From: an uncultured Bacteroidales bacterium
GTDB lineage: Bacteria > Bacteroidota > Bacteroidia > Bacteroidales > B18-G4
NCBI GenBank assembly: GCA_964487735.1
Contig: CAZASJ010000008.1
Coordinates: 697 to 64,696, forward strand
DNA: 64,000 nt
Direction of reading: 5' to 3'
Shown in pieces: positions 46,182 through 55,975 of the stretch. Numbering within the stretch: position 1 is the first letter of the stretch; the number at the start of each line of letters is the position of its first letter. The notes beneath the pieces were generated by a model, which was not told the DNA's origin, did not search any database, and was given only the letters and a program-made list of their open reading frames with translations. Position numbers and translations under genes: made by a program.

Positions 46182-47561
46182 ATGAGCAGAAAGAAACTAA
46201 TTCTTATAAATCCTTTCAACCAGCATACTAAGCAAGGCTTGTACGATACCCATACGATGTCACCTCCATTGGCATTGGGAATCATAGCAGCACTAACACC
46301 TGAAAACTGGGATATTGAGATCATCGATGAAAACTTTGATGAATTTGAATTCAAAGATGCAGATCTGGTGGGTATAACAGCCATGACGGCTAATATTAAC
46401 AGGGCCTATGAAATAGCCGGCATCTACCGGGCTAAAAAGGTTCCCACTGTTATTGGAGGTATTCATGCTTCCATGCTTCCTGAAGAAGCTGCAAACTTTT
46501 TTGATGTAGTGGTTAGTGGCGAAGCTGAAGGTGTTTGGAAAATACTCATCAATGATATGGAAGAGGGCACCTTAAAAGACAGATACCATGGGGATCTGCT
46601 TCCGATGAATGATGCCGTCCTTCCTCGTCGTGACCTCTTCCATCCCTCTTACACTTATGCAAATATTCAAACCACAAGAGGTTGCCCGATGAAATGTGAT
46701 TTTTGCTCGGTACATACTTTCAATGGCAGCCGCTATCGTCAACGCCCTGTCGAAGATGTGCTGAATGAATTGGAGACCATCCCACAAGAACTTATATATT
46801 TTGTTGATGATAATATCATTGGTTACTCAAAACAATCAGCCAAAAGGGCCATCAGCCTCTTTAAGGGAATGATTAAAAGAGGGATCAAAAAGGATTGGTA
46901 TTGCCAGGCATCACTAAATGTGGCTGATAATGAAGAAGTATTGAAATATGCAGCTGAAAGCGGCTGCCGCATGATCCTGATCGGCATTGAATCTGAAAAA
47001 GAAGAACAGCTTAAAGAAGCAAATAAAAGCTTAAACCTGAAAATGGGAATTGATAAGTACAATGAAGTTTTCAGCCGCATTCATAAATACGGGATAACGG
47101 TACTTGGGGCATTGATTTACGGGCTTGACAGCGATTCGATAGAGGATCTTTCTGACAGGACCAGATTTGCCATAGAAAGTGGTATGGATGCCATGCAAGC
47201 CACCATTGTAACTCCCCTTCCCGGAACCGGGCTTTATAATAGAATGAAAAAAGAGGGACGCTTGATTTATACAAACTATCCTGAAGACTGGAAGCACTAT
47301 CATTTTCTTGAAGTGGTGCACAGGCCCCTTAAGCTTGAGCCCAAAGAATTTATGGAAGCCATGTTGGAGAACTGGTCAAGGATGTATGATGAAAAACTGC
47401 TCCAGAAAAAAATGCTGCGTACGCTAAAGGTCACTAAAAACGCAAAATCCGCTGCCTGGGCATACCTGTCTAATGTTGAACGACACAATGTTTGTTTCGG
47501 CAATAGAAAAGCACCTCTGGATCCTAATATCCTGTTGAAAGGATTGCAAGCCGGGGAATAA
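46182..47561 (+). CDS. B12-binding-domain radical SAM protein (class B, DUF4070-type C-terminus)
   Basis: 459 aa. N-terminal cobalamin-binding-like Rossmann region (DLVGITAMTANINRAYEI), then the radical SAM cluster motif TTRGCPMKCDFCSV. Confidence 0.85.
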   Translation: MSRKKLILINPFNQHTKQGLYDTHTMSPPLALGIIAALTPENWDIEIIDENFDEFEFKDADLVGITAMTANINRAYEIAGIYRAKKVPTVIGGIHASMLPEEAANFFDVVVSGEAEGVWKILINDMEEGTLKDRYHGDLLPMNDAVLPRRDLFHPSYTYANIQTTRGCPMKCDFCSVHTFNGSRYRQRPVEDVLNELETIPQELIYFVDDNIIGYSKQSAKRAISLFKGMIKRGIKKDWYCQASLNVADNEEVLKYAAESGCRMILIGIESEKEEQLKEANKSLNLKMGIDKYNEVFSRIHKYGITVLGALIYGLDSDSIEDLSDRTRFAIESGMDAMQATIVTPLPGTGLYNRMKKEGRLIYTNYPEDWKHYHFLEVVHRPLKLEPKEFMEAMLENWSRMYDEKLLQKKMLRTLKVTKNAKSAAWAYLSNVERHNVCFGNRKAPLDPNILLKGLQAGE

Positions 47562-47682
47562 AATAGCAGTTAACGAATATCGAATATTCCCAAAAAACAC
47601 AACAAATGTCCTGAGCATAAACTAGGGAACTTAAAACTCAACACACGGCGCCCAAAGCCTCATAACCCAACAGTAATATTCT

Positions 47683-47690
47683 TATCTTTG
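47683..47690 (+). promoter_or_regulatory. Candidate -7 box (TATCTTTG) for pdxA-murF/alr
   Basis: Matches TAnnTTTG, 21 nt upstream of the ATG at 47711. Confidence 0.5.
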
Positions 47691-47710
47691 CATGATAATA
47701 AAGCATCCCA

Positions 47711-48796
47711 ATGAACAAGCAATTAAAAAAAGGTGAAAACCACCAAAAAGTTAAAGTAGGAATCACCCATGGTGACTTAAATGGCATAGGTTATGAGATC
47801 ATCATTAAAACATTTCAAGACCAGAGGATGATGGATACCATTACCCCAGTTGTTTATGGTATTTCAAAAGTTGCCTCCTACCACAGAAAGGTCCTTGACA
47901 TGAATGATTTTAACTTCAATCTTGTCAAGAATGCGGATGCAGCAAATCCCCAAAGGCCCAATATTGTAAACTGCTATGAGCAAGAAGTAAAGATCGACCT
48001 TGGAAAGTCGACTGAAGTGGCCGGAGAGATGGCATATCTTGCCCTGGAAATGGCAACTAACGACCTTGAAAAAAAGAAGATCGACGTACTGGTAACTGCT
48101 CCCATCAACAAGAAGAATATTCAATCCGATGATTTTCATTTTCCCGGGCATACTGAATACCTGGCAGAGAAATTCAAAAGTGAGGACTTCCTGATGTTGA
48201 TGGTAAGCCATAATTTTCGCATTGGTGTGATCACAGGTCACATTCCCATAAACAAAGTTTCGGAAGAGCTGAATATTGACCTGATCCTTCATAAACTCAG
48301 GATCATGAATGAATCACTGAAAAAAGATTTTAATATCCCTCGTCCGAGGATTGCCTTATTGGGGCTCAACCCTCATGCCGGCGACAACGGATTATTGGGA
48401 AAAGAAGAAGATGAGATCATCAGTCCTGCCATTGCAAAAGCATTTGATGAAGGCATCCTTGCTTATGGGCCGTATGCTGCTGATGGCTTCTTCGGATCAT
48501 CGGCCTACACAACCTTCGATGGAATCCTGGCCATGTATCACGATCAGGGATTGATCCCATTTAAGGCCATCTCTTTTGAGTCAGGCGTGAATTTTACTGC
48601 AGGGCTCCCGGTCATCCGGACTTCTCCGGCACATGGAACGGCATACGAGATCAGCGGAAAAGGGCAGGCATCTCCCGAATCCATGCGCTCAGCTATATTT
48701 CTTGCCTGCGACATTTTCCAAAACAGAATAAATTATGAGGAGATGAATAAAGATCCCCTTGCTGTGGGAGATGGGGCTAATGATAATGGCGAATAA
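47711..48796 (+). CDS. pdxA: 4-hydroxythreonine-4-phosphate dehydrogenase
   Basis: 361 aa. GITHGDLNGIGYEI, VTAPINK, FPGHTEYL, GLNPHAGDNG, HDQGLIPFK, IRTSPAHGTA. Confidence 0.9.
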   Translation: MNKQLKKGENHQKVKVGITHGDLNGIGYEIIIKTFQDQRMMDTITPVVYGISKVASYHRKVLDMNDFNFNLVKNADAANPQRPNIVNCYEQEVKIDLGKSTEVAGEMAYLALEMATNDLEKKKIDVLVTAPINKKNIQSDDFHFPGHTEYLAEKFKSEDFLMLMVSHNFRIGVITGHIPINKVSEELNIDLILHKLRIMNESLKKDFNIPRPRIALLGLNPHAGDNGLLGKEEDEIISPAIAKAFDEGILAYGPYAADGFFGSSAYTTFDGILAMYHDQGLIPFKAISFESGVNFTAGLPVIRTSPAHGTAYEISGKGQASPESMRSAIFLACDIFQNRINYEEMNKDPLAVGDGANDNGE

Positions 48797-48818
48797 CCCT
48801 TAAACATTTATACAATCA

Positions 48819-51299
48819 ATGTTTAAAGTATCCGAAATAGCCGAGATCACCAAGGGTGAAATCATACGGAAAGGCAATGGAAACCCTGATATCACTGATA
48901 TATTGGTCGATAGTCGAAGACTGATCTCTCCTGAACATTGTGCTTTCTTTGCACTTCAAGGAAGAAACAACAGCGGGCATGATTATATCACCGAACTATA
49001 CAGGAAAGGAATCAGAACGTTTGTAGTTTCAGTTAACAACCTCAAGCTCGACGATTTTAGCGGGGCCAATTTCATTCTTGTCAAGAACACCCTCCAAGCC
49101 CTGCAAGCTGTAAGTGCGGCTCATCGAAAGAAGTTTACATTTCCGGTGATTGGAATTACAGGTAGTAACGGGAAAACCATTGTGAAAGAATGGCTCTTTC
49201 AATTGCTTCAAAAAAAATTCAAAGTGGTTCGCAGCCCAAAAAGCTATAATTCACAAATAGGTGTGCCGCTCTCTGTATGGCAGATGGATGCTTCCAGCAA
49301 TATTGGCATTTTTGAAGCAGGTATTTCCCAACCTGATGAAATGGATAAATTGCAATCCATCATCCGTCCGAATATAGGAATCTACACAAATATTGGAGAA
49401 GCCCATACCGAAAACTTCATCAGTACCAACCAGAAGGCCGGTGAAAAACTTAAACTTTTCACAAAGGTTGACACCCTGATCTATTGCTCCGATCATGCCT
49501 CTATTCAGGAAGTTCTTATTCGTTCCGAAATTCTTGAAACCATAAAAGCATTTACCTGGAGCAGAAAGCAAGCTGCCGACCTGCGGATCACGACCGTTAC
49601 CAGGACTGATCTGGACAGTACCACCATTAAAGCGGTTTACAAAGAAAAAGAGCTTCAAATTGAGATTCCATTCGTTGATGAGGCATCCATAGAAAATGCC
49701 ATCCATTGCTGGGCCACTTTATTATTCATGGAGATGGGCAATGAATTCATCGCGGAGGGGATGAAAAAGCTGCAAGCCATCGCGATGCGGCTGGAGATGA
49801 AAGCAGGGATCAATCATTGCACGATCATCAACGACAGTTATAATTCCGACATCAATTCGCTGAGCATCGCCATCGACTTTCTGAACCAGCAGTCGCAAAA
49901 GAAAAAAAGAACCATCATCCTGTCAGATATTCTCCAAAGCGGCAAAGATGCAGAGGAATTGTACAGCGAAATTGCCGGCATATTGAAAAGGAAAAACATT
50001 GGGCGCATTATCGGTATTGGTCCTGCTATATCCCGCCAGGGGGAACTTTTTGATATGGAAAAATCATTTTATCCATCCACTGAGGAGTTTATGCGAAAGT
50101 TTTCGTTCACCTCCTTCAGTAATGAAACGATTCTTCTGAAAGGTGCCAGGATCTTTGAGTTTGAACAGATTAGCAAGGCTCTTCAGCAAAAATCGCATGA
50201 AACCGTTCTTGAAATCAATCTAAATGCCATGGTAAGCAATCTGAATTATTTCAGATCACGCATAAGCCCGATCACCAAGATCATGGCCATGGTCAAAGCA
50301 TTTTCATATGGCAGCGGCAGTTACGAAATTGCCAACCTCCTTCAGTTTCACAGGGTGGATTACCTGACTGTTGCGTATGCCGATGAAGGTGTGGAATTGA
50401 GGAAAGCAGGGATCATCCTGCCCATCATGGTAATGAATCCGGAGGAGCACAGCCTGGATACCATGATACAGCACAATCTTGAGCCTGAAATTTATAGTTT
50501 CAGGATACTGGATGTGCTGGAAAAGGTAATTCAAAAAAACATCCTCCCAAGAAATAAGCCTGTGAAAATCCATATAAAACTGGAAACAGGGATGCACAGG
50601 CTTGGATTCAATGAATCAGAGCTTAAATTGCTGGCGGAGCGGATCAAATCCAACCGGCGGCTCTATGTTCAATCGGTATTTTCACATCTGTCGGCCAGTG
50701 AAGACCCCGGCAGCGATGCATTTACCAGGGAGCAGATTCAACGTTTCAGCAATATGTGCAATGAATTCTGCAATAGTATTGAGCACAATGTCATCAAACA
50801 TATGATAAACTCAGCAGGCATCACACGCTTTCCTGAAGCACAGTTTGATATGGTACGATTGGGAATCGGCTTATATGGGATTGCTACAAATCCTGATGAT
50901 GCCAGCAGGCTCAGCAATGTGAGCACACTCAAATCAACAGTTTCGCAAATTAAAACAGTAAAGGCAGGAGAACGTGTCGGCTATGGTGACATGATCATTT
51001 CCGAAGACAAGAACATTGCCATCGTACCTGTTGGCTACGCCGACGGCTTAAACAGAAAGCTTGGGCACGGGAAAGGGCATCTTCTGGTGGCCGGACAAAA
51101 GGCCATGATCATCGGAAGCATCTGCATGGATATGTGCATGCTTGACATCAGCGGACTGAAAGTAAGTGAAGGTGATCCTGTCATTATTTTCGGTGATGAG
51201 CGGCCGGTTTCAGAATTAGCCGCAGACCTGGAAACCATTCCATATGAAGTACTGACCTCCGTAGGTGGCAGGGTGAAACGGGTCTATTTTCAAGAATAA
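48819..51299 (+). CDS. Bifunctional UDP-MurNAc-tripeptide--D-Ala-D-Ala ligase (MurF-like) / alanine racemase fusion
   Basis: 826 aa. The N-terminal half has the Mur ligase P-loop GITGSNGKTIVKEWL. The C-terminal half is alanine-racemase-like (AMVKAFSYGSGSYEIA with the PLP lysine, VGYADG, MDMCMLDIS, YEVLTSV). Confidence 0.85.
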   Translation: MFKVSEIAEITKGEIIRKGNGNPDITDILVDSRRLISPEHCAFFALQGRNNSGHDYITELYRKGIRTFVVSVNNLKLDDFSGANFILVKNTLQALQAVSAAHRKKFTFPVIGITGSNGKTIVKEWLFQLLQKKFKVVRSPKSYNSQIGVPLSVWQMDASSNIGIFEAGISQPDEMDKLQSIIRPNIGIYTNIGEAHTENFISTNQKAGEKLKLFTKVDTLIYCSDHASIQEVLIRSEILETIKAFTWSRKQAADLRITTVTRTDLDSTTIKAVYKEKELQIEIPFVDEASIENAIHCWATLLFMEMGNEFIAEGMKKLQAIAMRLEMKAGINHCTIINDSYNSDINSLSIAIDFLNQQSQKKKRTIILSDILQSGKDAEELYSEIAGILKRKNIGRIIGIGPAISRQGELFDMEKSFYPSTEEFMRKFSFTSFSNETILLKGARIFEFEQISKALQQKSHETVLEINLNAMVSNLNYFRSRISPITKIMAMVKAFSYGSGSYEIANLLQFHRVDYLTVAYADEGVELRKAGIILPIMVMNPEEHSLDTMIQHNLEPEIYSFRILDVLEKVIQKNILPRNKPVKIHIKLETGMHRLGFNESELKLLAERIKSNRRLYVQSVFSHLSASEDPGSDAFTREQIQRFSNMCNEFCNSIEHNVIKHMINSAGITRFPEAQFDMVRLGIGLYGIATNPDDASRLSNVSTLKSTVSQIKTVKAGERVGYGDMIISEDKNIAIVPVGYADGLNRKLGHGKGHLLVAGQKAMIIGSICMDMCMLDISGLKVSEGDPVIIFGDERPVSELAADLETIPYEVLTSVGGRVKRVYFQE

Positions 51300-51304
51300 A
51301 TTTC

Positions 51305-51312
51305 TACTTTTG
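51305..51312 (+). promoter_or_regulatory. Candidate -7 box (TACTTTTG) for the GT2 / GT-C-like pair
   Basis: Matches TAnnTTTG, 21 nt upstream of the ATG at 51333. Confidence 0.5.
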
Positions 51313-51332
51313 AAACAAATCACGAATAAAGC

Positions 51333-52070
51333 ATGAAACTTTCTGTAATCATTCCGGCCTATAACGAAGAGAAAATAATTCACCTCATACTTGACAAGGT
51401 GCTGGCTGTAAAATTAATCGGAGGCCTGGAGAAAGAGATCATCATTGTGAATGACTGTTCTTCCGACAATACGGCAGGTGCCGTAAAAGAGTATATGAAA
51501 GCACATCCTGAAGTGGAGATGCATTTTTATGAGCAGTCTGTCAATATGGGCAAAGGAGCTGCACTGCACAGAGGAATCAAAGAGGCCGTGGGCGATTTGA
51601 TCATTATTCAGGATGCCGACCTTGAATACGATCCCGAAGAATACAACATTCTGCTGAAGCCGGTTATTGAAGGTTATGCTGATGTTGTATATGGTTCACG
51701 CTTTAAAGGGGGCACACCACACCGTATTTTGTTTTTCTGGCATTCTATCGGAAACAAATTTTTGACTTTTCTCTCAAACATGTTCACCAACCTGAATCTT
51801 TCTGATATGGAAACCTGCTATAAACTATTTAAGGCAGAACATATTAAGAAGATCTACTTCAGGGAAAACAGGTTTGGCTTCGAACCGGAGGTGACTGCGA
51901 AAATATCCCGCATTCCGGGGATCAGGGTATATGAAGTTGGCATTTCATATTATGGCCGCACCTACGACGAAGGTAAAAAGATTGGCGCTAAAGATGGTTT
52001 CAGGGCCATCTGGTGTATATTGAAATACAATATCTGGAGCCGAAAGAAATTCATTAACAAGGAATCTTAA
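51333..52070 (+). CDS. Glycosyltransferase family 2, soluble polyprenol-phosphate-sugar-synthase-like (Dpm1/Ppm1-like)
   Basis: 245 aa. [32 protein letters not shown]. No C-terminal TM helices. Confidence 0.85.
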   Translation: MKLSVIIPAYNEEKIIHLILDKVLAVKLIGGLEKEIIIVNDCSSDNTAGAVKEYMKAHPEVEMHFYEQSVNMGKGAALHRGIKEAVGDLIIIQDADLEYDPEEYNILLKPVIEGYADVVYGSRFKGGTPHRILFFWHSIGNKFLTFLSNMFTNLNLSDMETCYKLFKAEHIKKIYFRENRFGFEPEVTAKISRIPGIRVYEVGISYYGRTYDEGKKIGAKDGFRAIWCILKYNIWSRKKFINKES

Positions 52071-52108
52071 GCTTTTGATATTAAAATATATAACATCCTG
52101 ACCCATTT

Positions 52109-53965
52109 GTGATTATGCAAGATTTTAAAAAGATCATCCGCTACATTTTCGATAGCATCATCATTAAATATGCCACCCTGATCATTGCTTTGCTGATGTT
52201 GTTTTATTCATGGCAGAATGGCCGTTATAACGGAAACTATATCAATAGCGACGGGAAGGGATATTATGCTTACCTGACGGCCATCTTCATATACCAGGAT
52301 TTAGAATACAACTTTGTTGACGATTATGAGATGAGTTACTATGCTCCGGAAAGCTATTTTCATTTCAAGAGTGAAATCAATGGGGATGTAGCGAACATAA
52401 CTTTTGCTGGTATTGCATTATTGCTGCTGCCTTTCTTCCTGGCGGCACATATTGGCAGCATTGTTTTGGGGTACCCCACGGATGGGTATGCCCCTATTTA
52501 TCAATACGGGGTTGGTTTTGCAGCTGTATTCTATTTGTTTCTGGCCCTGTGGGGATTAAAAAAATTGCTTGAGATCTATGGTGTTGGTAAATACAACATA
52601 ATACTTGTCCAAATCATTTTGACTTTTGCTACGCCAATTTATTTCTACACGACGGTAGATGCAAGTTTTACCCATGTGTATTCCTTTGCCATGATAAGCC
52701 TCTTCTTTTATTTTACGAAAAGGTATTTCATGGATACAAAAACAAAGCACCTTTACCTGGCCTCATTTCTTCTGGGCACTATTGTGCTCATTCGACCTAC
52801 AAATATGATGGTCCTGGCAGCCCTTCCTTTCATCGCAGGAAGTTGGCCGGTCTTACGAGATGGCATCCTTGGATTATTTCAAGAATATAAAAAACTGCTT
52901 TTAAGCCTGGTCATATTTGGATTGGTAGTCTCGATCCAACCCATGCTGTATTACGCACAGGTAGGAGAATTCTTCATCTGGACATACACAGGTGTGGGCT
53001 TTAATTTTGCAGATCCGCACTTTTCCGGAGTGCTAATCAGCTACAAGAAGGGTTTATTTATATATACTCCAATTCTTACTTTCGCTCTGCTTGGATTTAT
53101 CCATCTTGGAAGAAAGAATATTTATGCGGCCATCAGCCTCTTTTTTTACATGTTCCTGGTTACCTATATTATATCATCATGGTGGAGTTGGTGGTATGGG
53201 ATGAGTTATGGGCATCGTGCATTTCTGGACCATTACGTAGTCTTCGGGATACTATTTGGCATGGCGCTAAGCGATAATAAATTTAAGATAGCCAGATATC
53301 TTATCTACCTTGCCATTCCATTGTTCATCTGGCTGAATATGATTCAGGTTTATCAGTTCAAAAACTGGATTCTATATTGGGACATGAATGAAGAAATGTA
53401 TTGGAGGGTATTCCTAAAAACGGATGATTCCTACAAAGGTTTGCTATGGAAAGAAGCCAAGCTGAAGGAGCAGGAAACACAACAGCGCCTGATAGAGGCC
53501 AAATTCAAGAATCTCGTTTCTGACAATACTTACTGGGATGATTTCGAGCGTGATCTACCAGATGTAAATGAATATTATATTGAACATAATGTAACGCGTT
53601 CAGGCAATAACTCCATAAGATTGAGCAAGCGAAATCCCTATAGCCCCGGGCTAAACACTACTATTGCCAACCTCCCTGATACCAACAAGATGCTGATAAA
53701 AGCATCTGCCTGGGTTTATGTTCCGGAAATCCCGAAAATGAATACTTTCGCATTGATCTGCTCGTTGGAAAATGAAAAGGGAACATATCACTACCACGGC
53801 GTGGATTGCAAGCCTGAGGACCTGAAAATTGGAGAGTGGAACAAGATAGAGATCGCTTCCGAAGCTCGAAACCTAAAGTCGACGGATGACGTCCTTAAGA
53901 TATATATCTGGTATACCGGTGAGCGGGAAGTTTTCATCGATGACCTAAAGGTTGAATTTTATTAA
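52109..53965 (+). CDS. Polytopic membrane protein, putative GT-C-type (ArnT/PMT-like) glycosyltransferase with a C-terminal extracytoplasmic beta-rich domain
   Basis: About 12 hydrophobic segments. First loop NSDGKGYYAYL, and WWSWWYGMSYGHRAFLD resembles the YGGSFG.R block I associate with ArnT-like proteins. The C-terminal ~190 residues are soluble (..VFIDDLKVEFY). GTG at 52109; first ATG at 52115. Confidence 0.5.
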   Translation: MIMQDFKKIIRYIFDSIIIKYATLIIALLMLFYSWQNGRYNGNYINSDGKGYYAYLTAIFIYQDLEYNFVDDYEMSYYAPESYFHFKSEINGDVANITFAGIALLLLPFFLAAHIGSIVLGYPTDGYAPIYQYGVGFAAVFYLFLALWGLKKLLEIYGVGKYNIILVQIILTFATPIYFYTTVDASFTHVYSFAMISLFFYFTKRYFMDTKTKHLYLASFLLGTIVLIRPTNMMVLAALPFIAGSWPVLRDGILGLFQEYKKLLLSLVIFGLVVSIQPMLYYAQVGEFFIWTYTGVGFNFADPHFSGVLISYKKGLFIYTPILTFALLGFIHLGRKNIYAAISLFFYMFLVTYIISSWWSWWYGMSYGHRAFLDHYVVFGILFGMALSDNKFKIARYLIYLAIPLFIWLNMIQVYQFKNWILYWDMNEEMYWRVFLKTDDSYKGLLWKEAKLKEQETQQRLIEAKFKNLVSDNTYWDDFERDLPDVNEYYIEHNVTRSGNNSIRLSKRNPYSPGLNTTIANLPDTNKMLIKASAWVYVPEIPKMNTFALICSLENEKGTYHYHGVDCKPEDLKIGEWNKIEIASEARNLKSTDDVLKIYIWYTGEREVFIDDLKVEFY

Positions 53966-54930
53966 AGGCTCAGCTTTTTCTCATCTCTGGCTTTCAAATA
54001 ATAATCCCAATTCTCACCAATCTCCGTAAGGCTGTATTCCAAAGCTTCCCTTAAAGGAGTTGGTTTAAAGGCCAGATCTGCTTTTATCATTTCTGTATCA
54101 AGGTTTGAGTCCTGCATTACGCCCTTAACATGTTCGGCAGTAAAAAGAGGCACCTTCTGGAACTTCTGAAATCCCTTACCCATCAATTTTACAATCCCCG
54201 AAGGCACGGGTATGAATATTTTCTTTTCCCCACGAATATTAAGAATCAGGGCAATGAAATTCCTGAATGAGACCACCTCATCTCCGGCAATCTGGTATTT
54301 CTTGCCAAAAGCAACTTCTTGATTGATGGAGGCTACAATATATTTGGCAAAATCCCTGACAAAAATAGGATGCTGTGTTTGTTCGCCAAATCCCACCAAA
54401 GGCACAAATAAAGGCAATCTAAAAACATTTTTAAGGATGCGATTAATTCCCAGGCCTTCGGGGCCCAGGATCATGGCCGGAATAAAAACAGTATAGTCAA
54501 GTCCTGATTTCTCAAGAAATTCCTGTCCCTTTAATTTCGTTTCTCCGTATGGACCCTTAAACTCTTTTAAAATAACAACACTGCTAATCTGAATGAATCT
54601 CCCTATCTGCCTGGTCTTACAAAAACTGATCATATTTTCGACTCCCCTGGCATTCACCTCAAAATTTCTATCATAATCTGAACTCCCCAGCAAAGCAGCA
54701 GCATTTATTACAGCATGAATCTCAATATTTTCAAGGACAGCCTCAATTTGAGGATCCACCTCTTTTGTAATATCACAGAAATGATAACTAATGTTGGGAT
54801 GATCAATGATCACTGATGCATAATGATCATACTTTAGAGCCACAACCTTATACCCTGCGGATAATAACTGTTTGCAGATATATGTTCCGAGGTATCCGTT
54901 TGCCCCAGTAACAATGATATTTTGATCCAT
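53962..54930 (-). CDS. NAD(P)-dependent epimerase/dehydratase-type SDR
   Basis: 322 aa. Rossmann IIVTGANGYLG; catalytic YGETK (YxxxK). Confidence 0.8.
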   Translation of the reverse strand: MDQNIIVTGANGYLGTYICKQLLSAGYKVVALKYDHYASVIIDHPNISYHFCDITKEVDPQIEAVLENIEIHAVINAAALLGSSDYDRNFEVNARGVENMISFCKTRQIGRFIQISSVVILKEFKGPYGETKLKGQEFLEKSGLDYTVFIPAMILGPEGLGINRILKNVFRLPLFVPLVGFGEQTQHPIFVRDFAKYIVASINQEVAFGKKYQIAGDEVVSFRNFIALILNIRGEKKIFIPVPSGIVKLMGKGFQKFQKVPLFTAEHVKGVMQDSNLDTEMIKADLAFKPTPLREALEYSLTEIGENWDYYLKARDEKKLSL

Positions 54931-54950
54931 GCCGTTTGCTTATGAGATAG

Positions 54951-54958
54951 CAAAAATA
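54951..54958 (-). promoter_or_regulatory. Candidate -7 box (TATTTTTG) for the SDR gene
   Basis: Plus strand reads CAAAAATA, 21 nt upstream of the ATG at 54930. Confidence 0.45.
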
Positions 54959-54994
54959 GGTGATTTCGATGAAATGCCAGTTGGTGTTTCGTAC

Positions 54995-55972
54995 TTATTT
55001 CCTGTGCCGTGCTTTCGTAGCTGATATCAGAAATATTTGTCCAAGAATAAGGGAAAGAAGTCCTCCACCAATTTGCGCTACAAGAAACACCAAGCCTGAG
55101 AAGGCAAGGATCAAAGGCTCAGCCATTGGCTTAAAGAGGAGTAAAAAAGTTGCTTCGCGCGTACCTAATCCCATCACCGTAACCGGAAGCATATTCAGCA
55201 ATCCTGCAACTGCCACTGCTCCTGAAATAAAAAGAAAGGAAGCAGAAAATGATAAGCCCAGTGCCAGGAAGTAGCAGGAAATAAAATAGCTCAGATTGCT
55301 TGCCAGTGACAGAAAGATAACAGCAGCCTGTAAACGATTGCCAGTCTTTCGGAAACTTAAATTCAGATTCAATGAAAGAAATGGAAGCTTGTTCATAATT
55401 CTTTGAACAAGAGCTGTAGCGGAGGCTGAATTCATAAATATGATAGCAAGCAATAGTATCATGGCTCCCCCGATTAAAGCCAGAAGGCCTATTACCGAAA
55501 ACGAGTGATTCGGGAAGGTGAACAGAAAAGCGAGACCGGCAATACTAACAAAGATTCCAAGGTCAAAACCCCTTTCGATCACGACCCTGATCCCTGTTTC
55601 CAGAATTTTGTTCTTTTCCCCGGCATGGCCGGCTTTTACCAGTTCCCCCGCCCTACCGGGAGTTATCACACCTATTGCATAACTTTCAAAAAATTCCCCG
55701 AAACTTTGAAGAATGGCTATCCGTCCAACACTTCCGTTATTCAATATATGCCACCGACTTGCCTTCAGAAATAACAATATCAATTGAAAAATTATACCAT
55801 AGATCAGGAAAGCGGCATCCACATCCCTGAGATATTGCCATAAAGCATTGAGATCAACGGTTGTTAGGATATAGACGAATAAAGCAAGGCCAAGCAACCT
55901 GAGAAACAAGAACAAACTGATCTTTCTTTTAGGCTTAACTCCTTGCTGTGTACCTTGATACTTGCTTTTCAT
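54995..55972 (-). CDS. UPF0104 / lysylphosphatidylglycerol-synthase-TM-region (MprF flippase-like) membrane protein
   Basis: 325 aa, about 8 TM segments. LKASRWHIL and ITPGRAGELVKAGH are family-like blocks. No synthase domain. Confidence 0.6.
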   Translation of the reverse strand: MKSKYQGTQQGVKPKRKISLFLFLRLLGLALFVYILTTVDLNALWQYLRDVDAAFLIYGIIFQLILLFLKASRWHILNNGSVGRIAILQSFGEFFESYAIGVITPGRAGELVKAGHAGEKNKILETGIRVVIERGFDLGIFVSIAGLAFLFTFPNHSFSVIGLLALIGGAMILLLAIIFMNSASATALVQRIMNKLPFLSLNLNLSFRKTGNRLQAAVIFLSLASNLSYFISCYFLALGLSFSASFLFISGAVAVAGLLNMLPVTVMGLGTREATFLLLFKPMAEPLILAFSGLVFLVAQIGGGLLSLILGQIFLISATKARHRK

Positions 55973-55975
55973 TGC

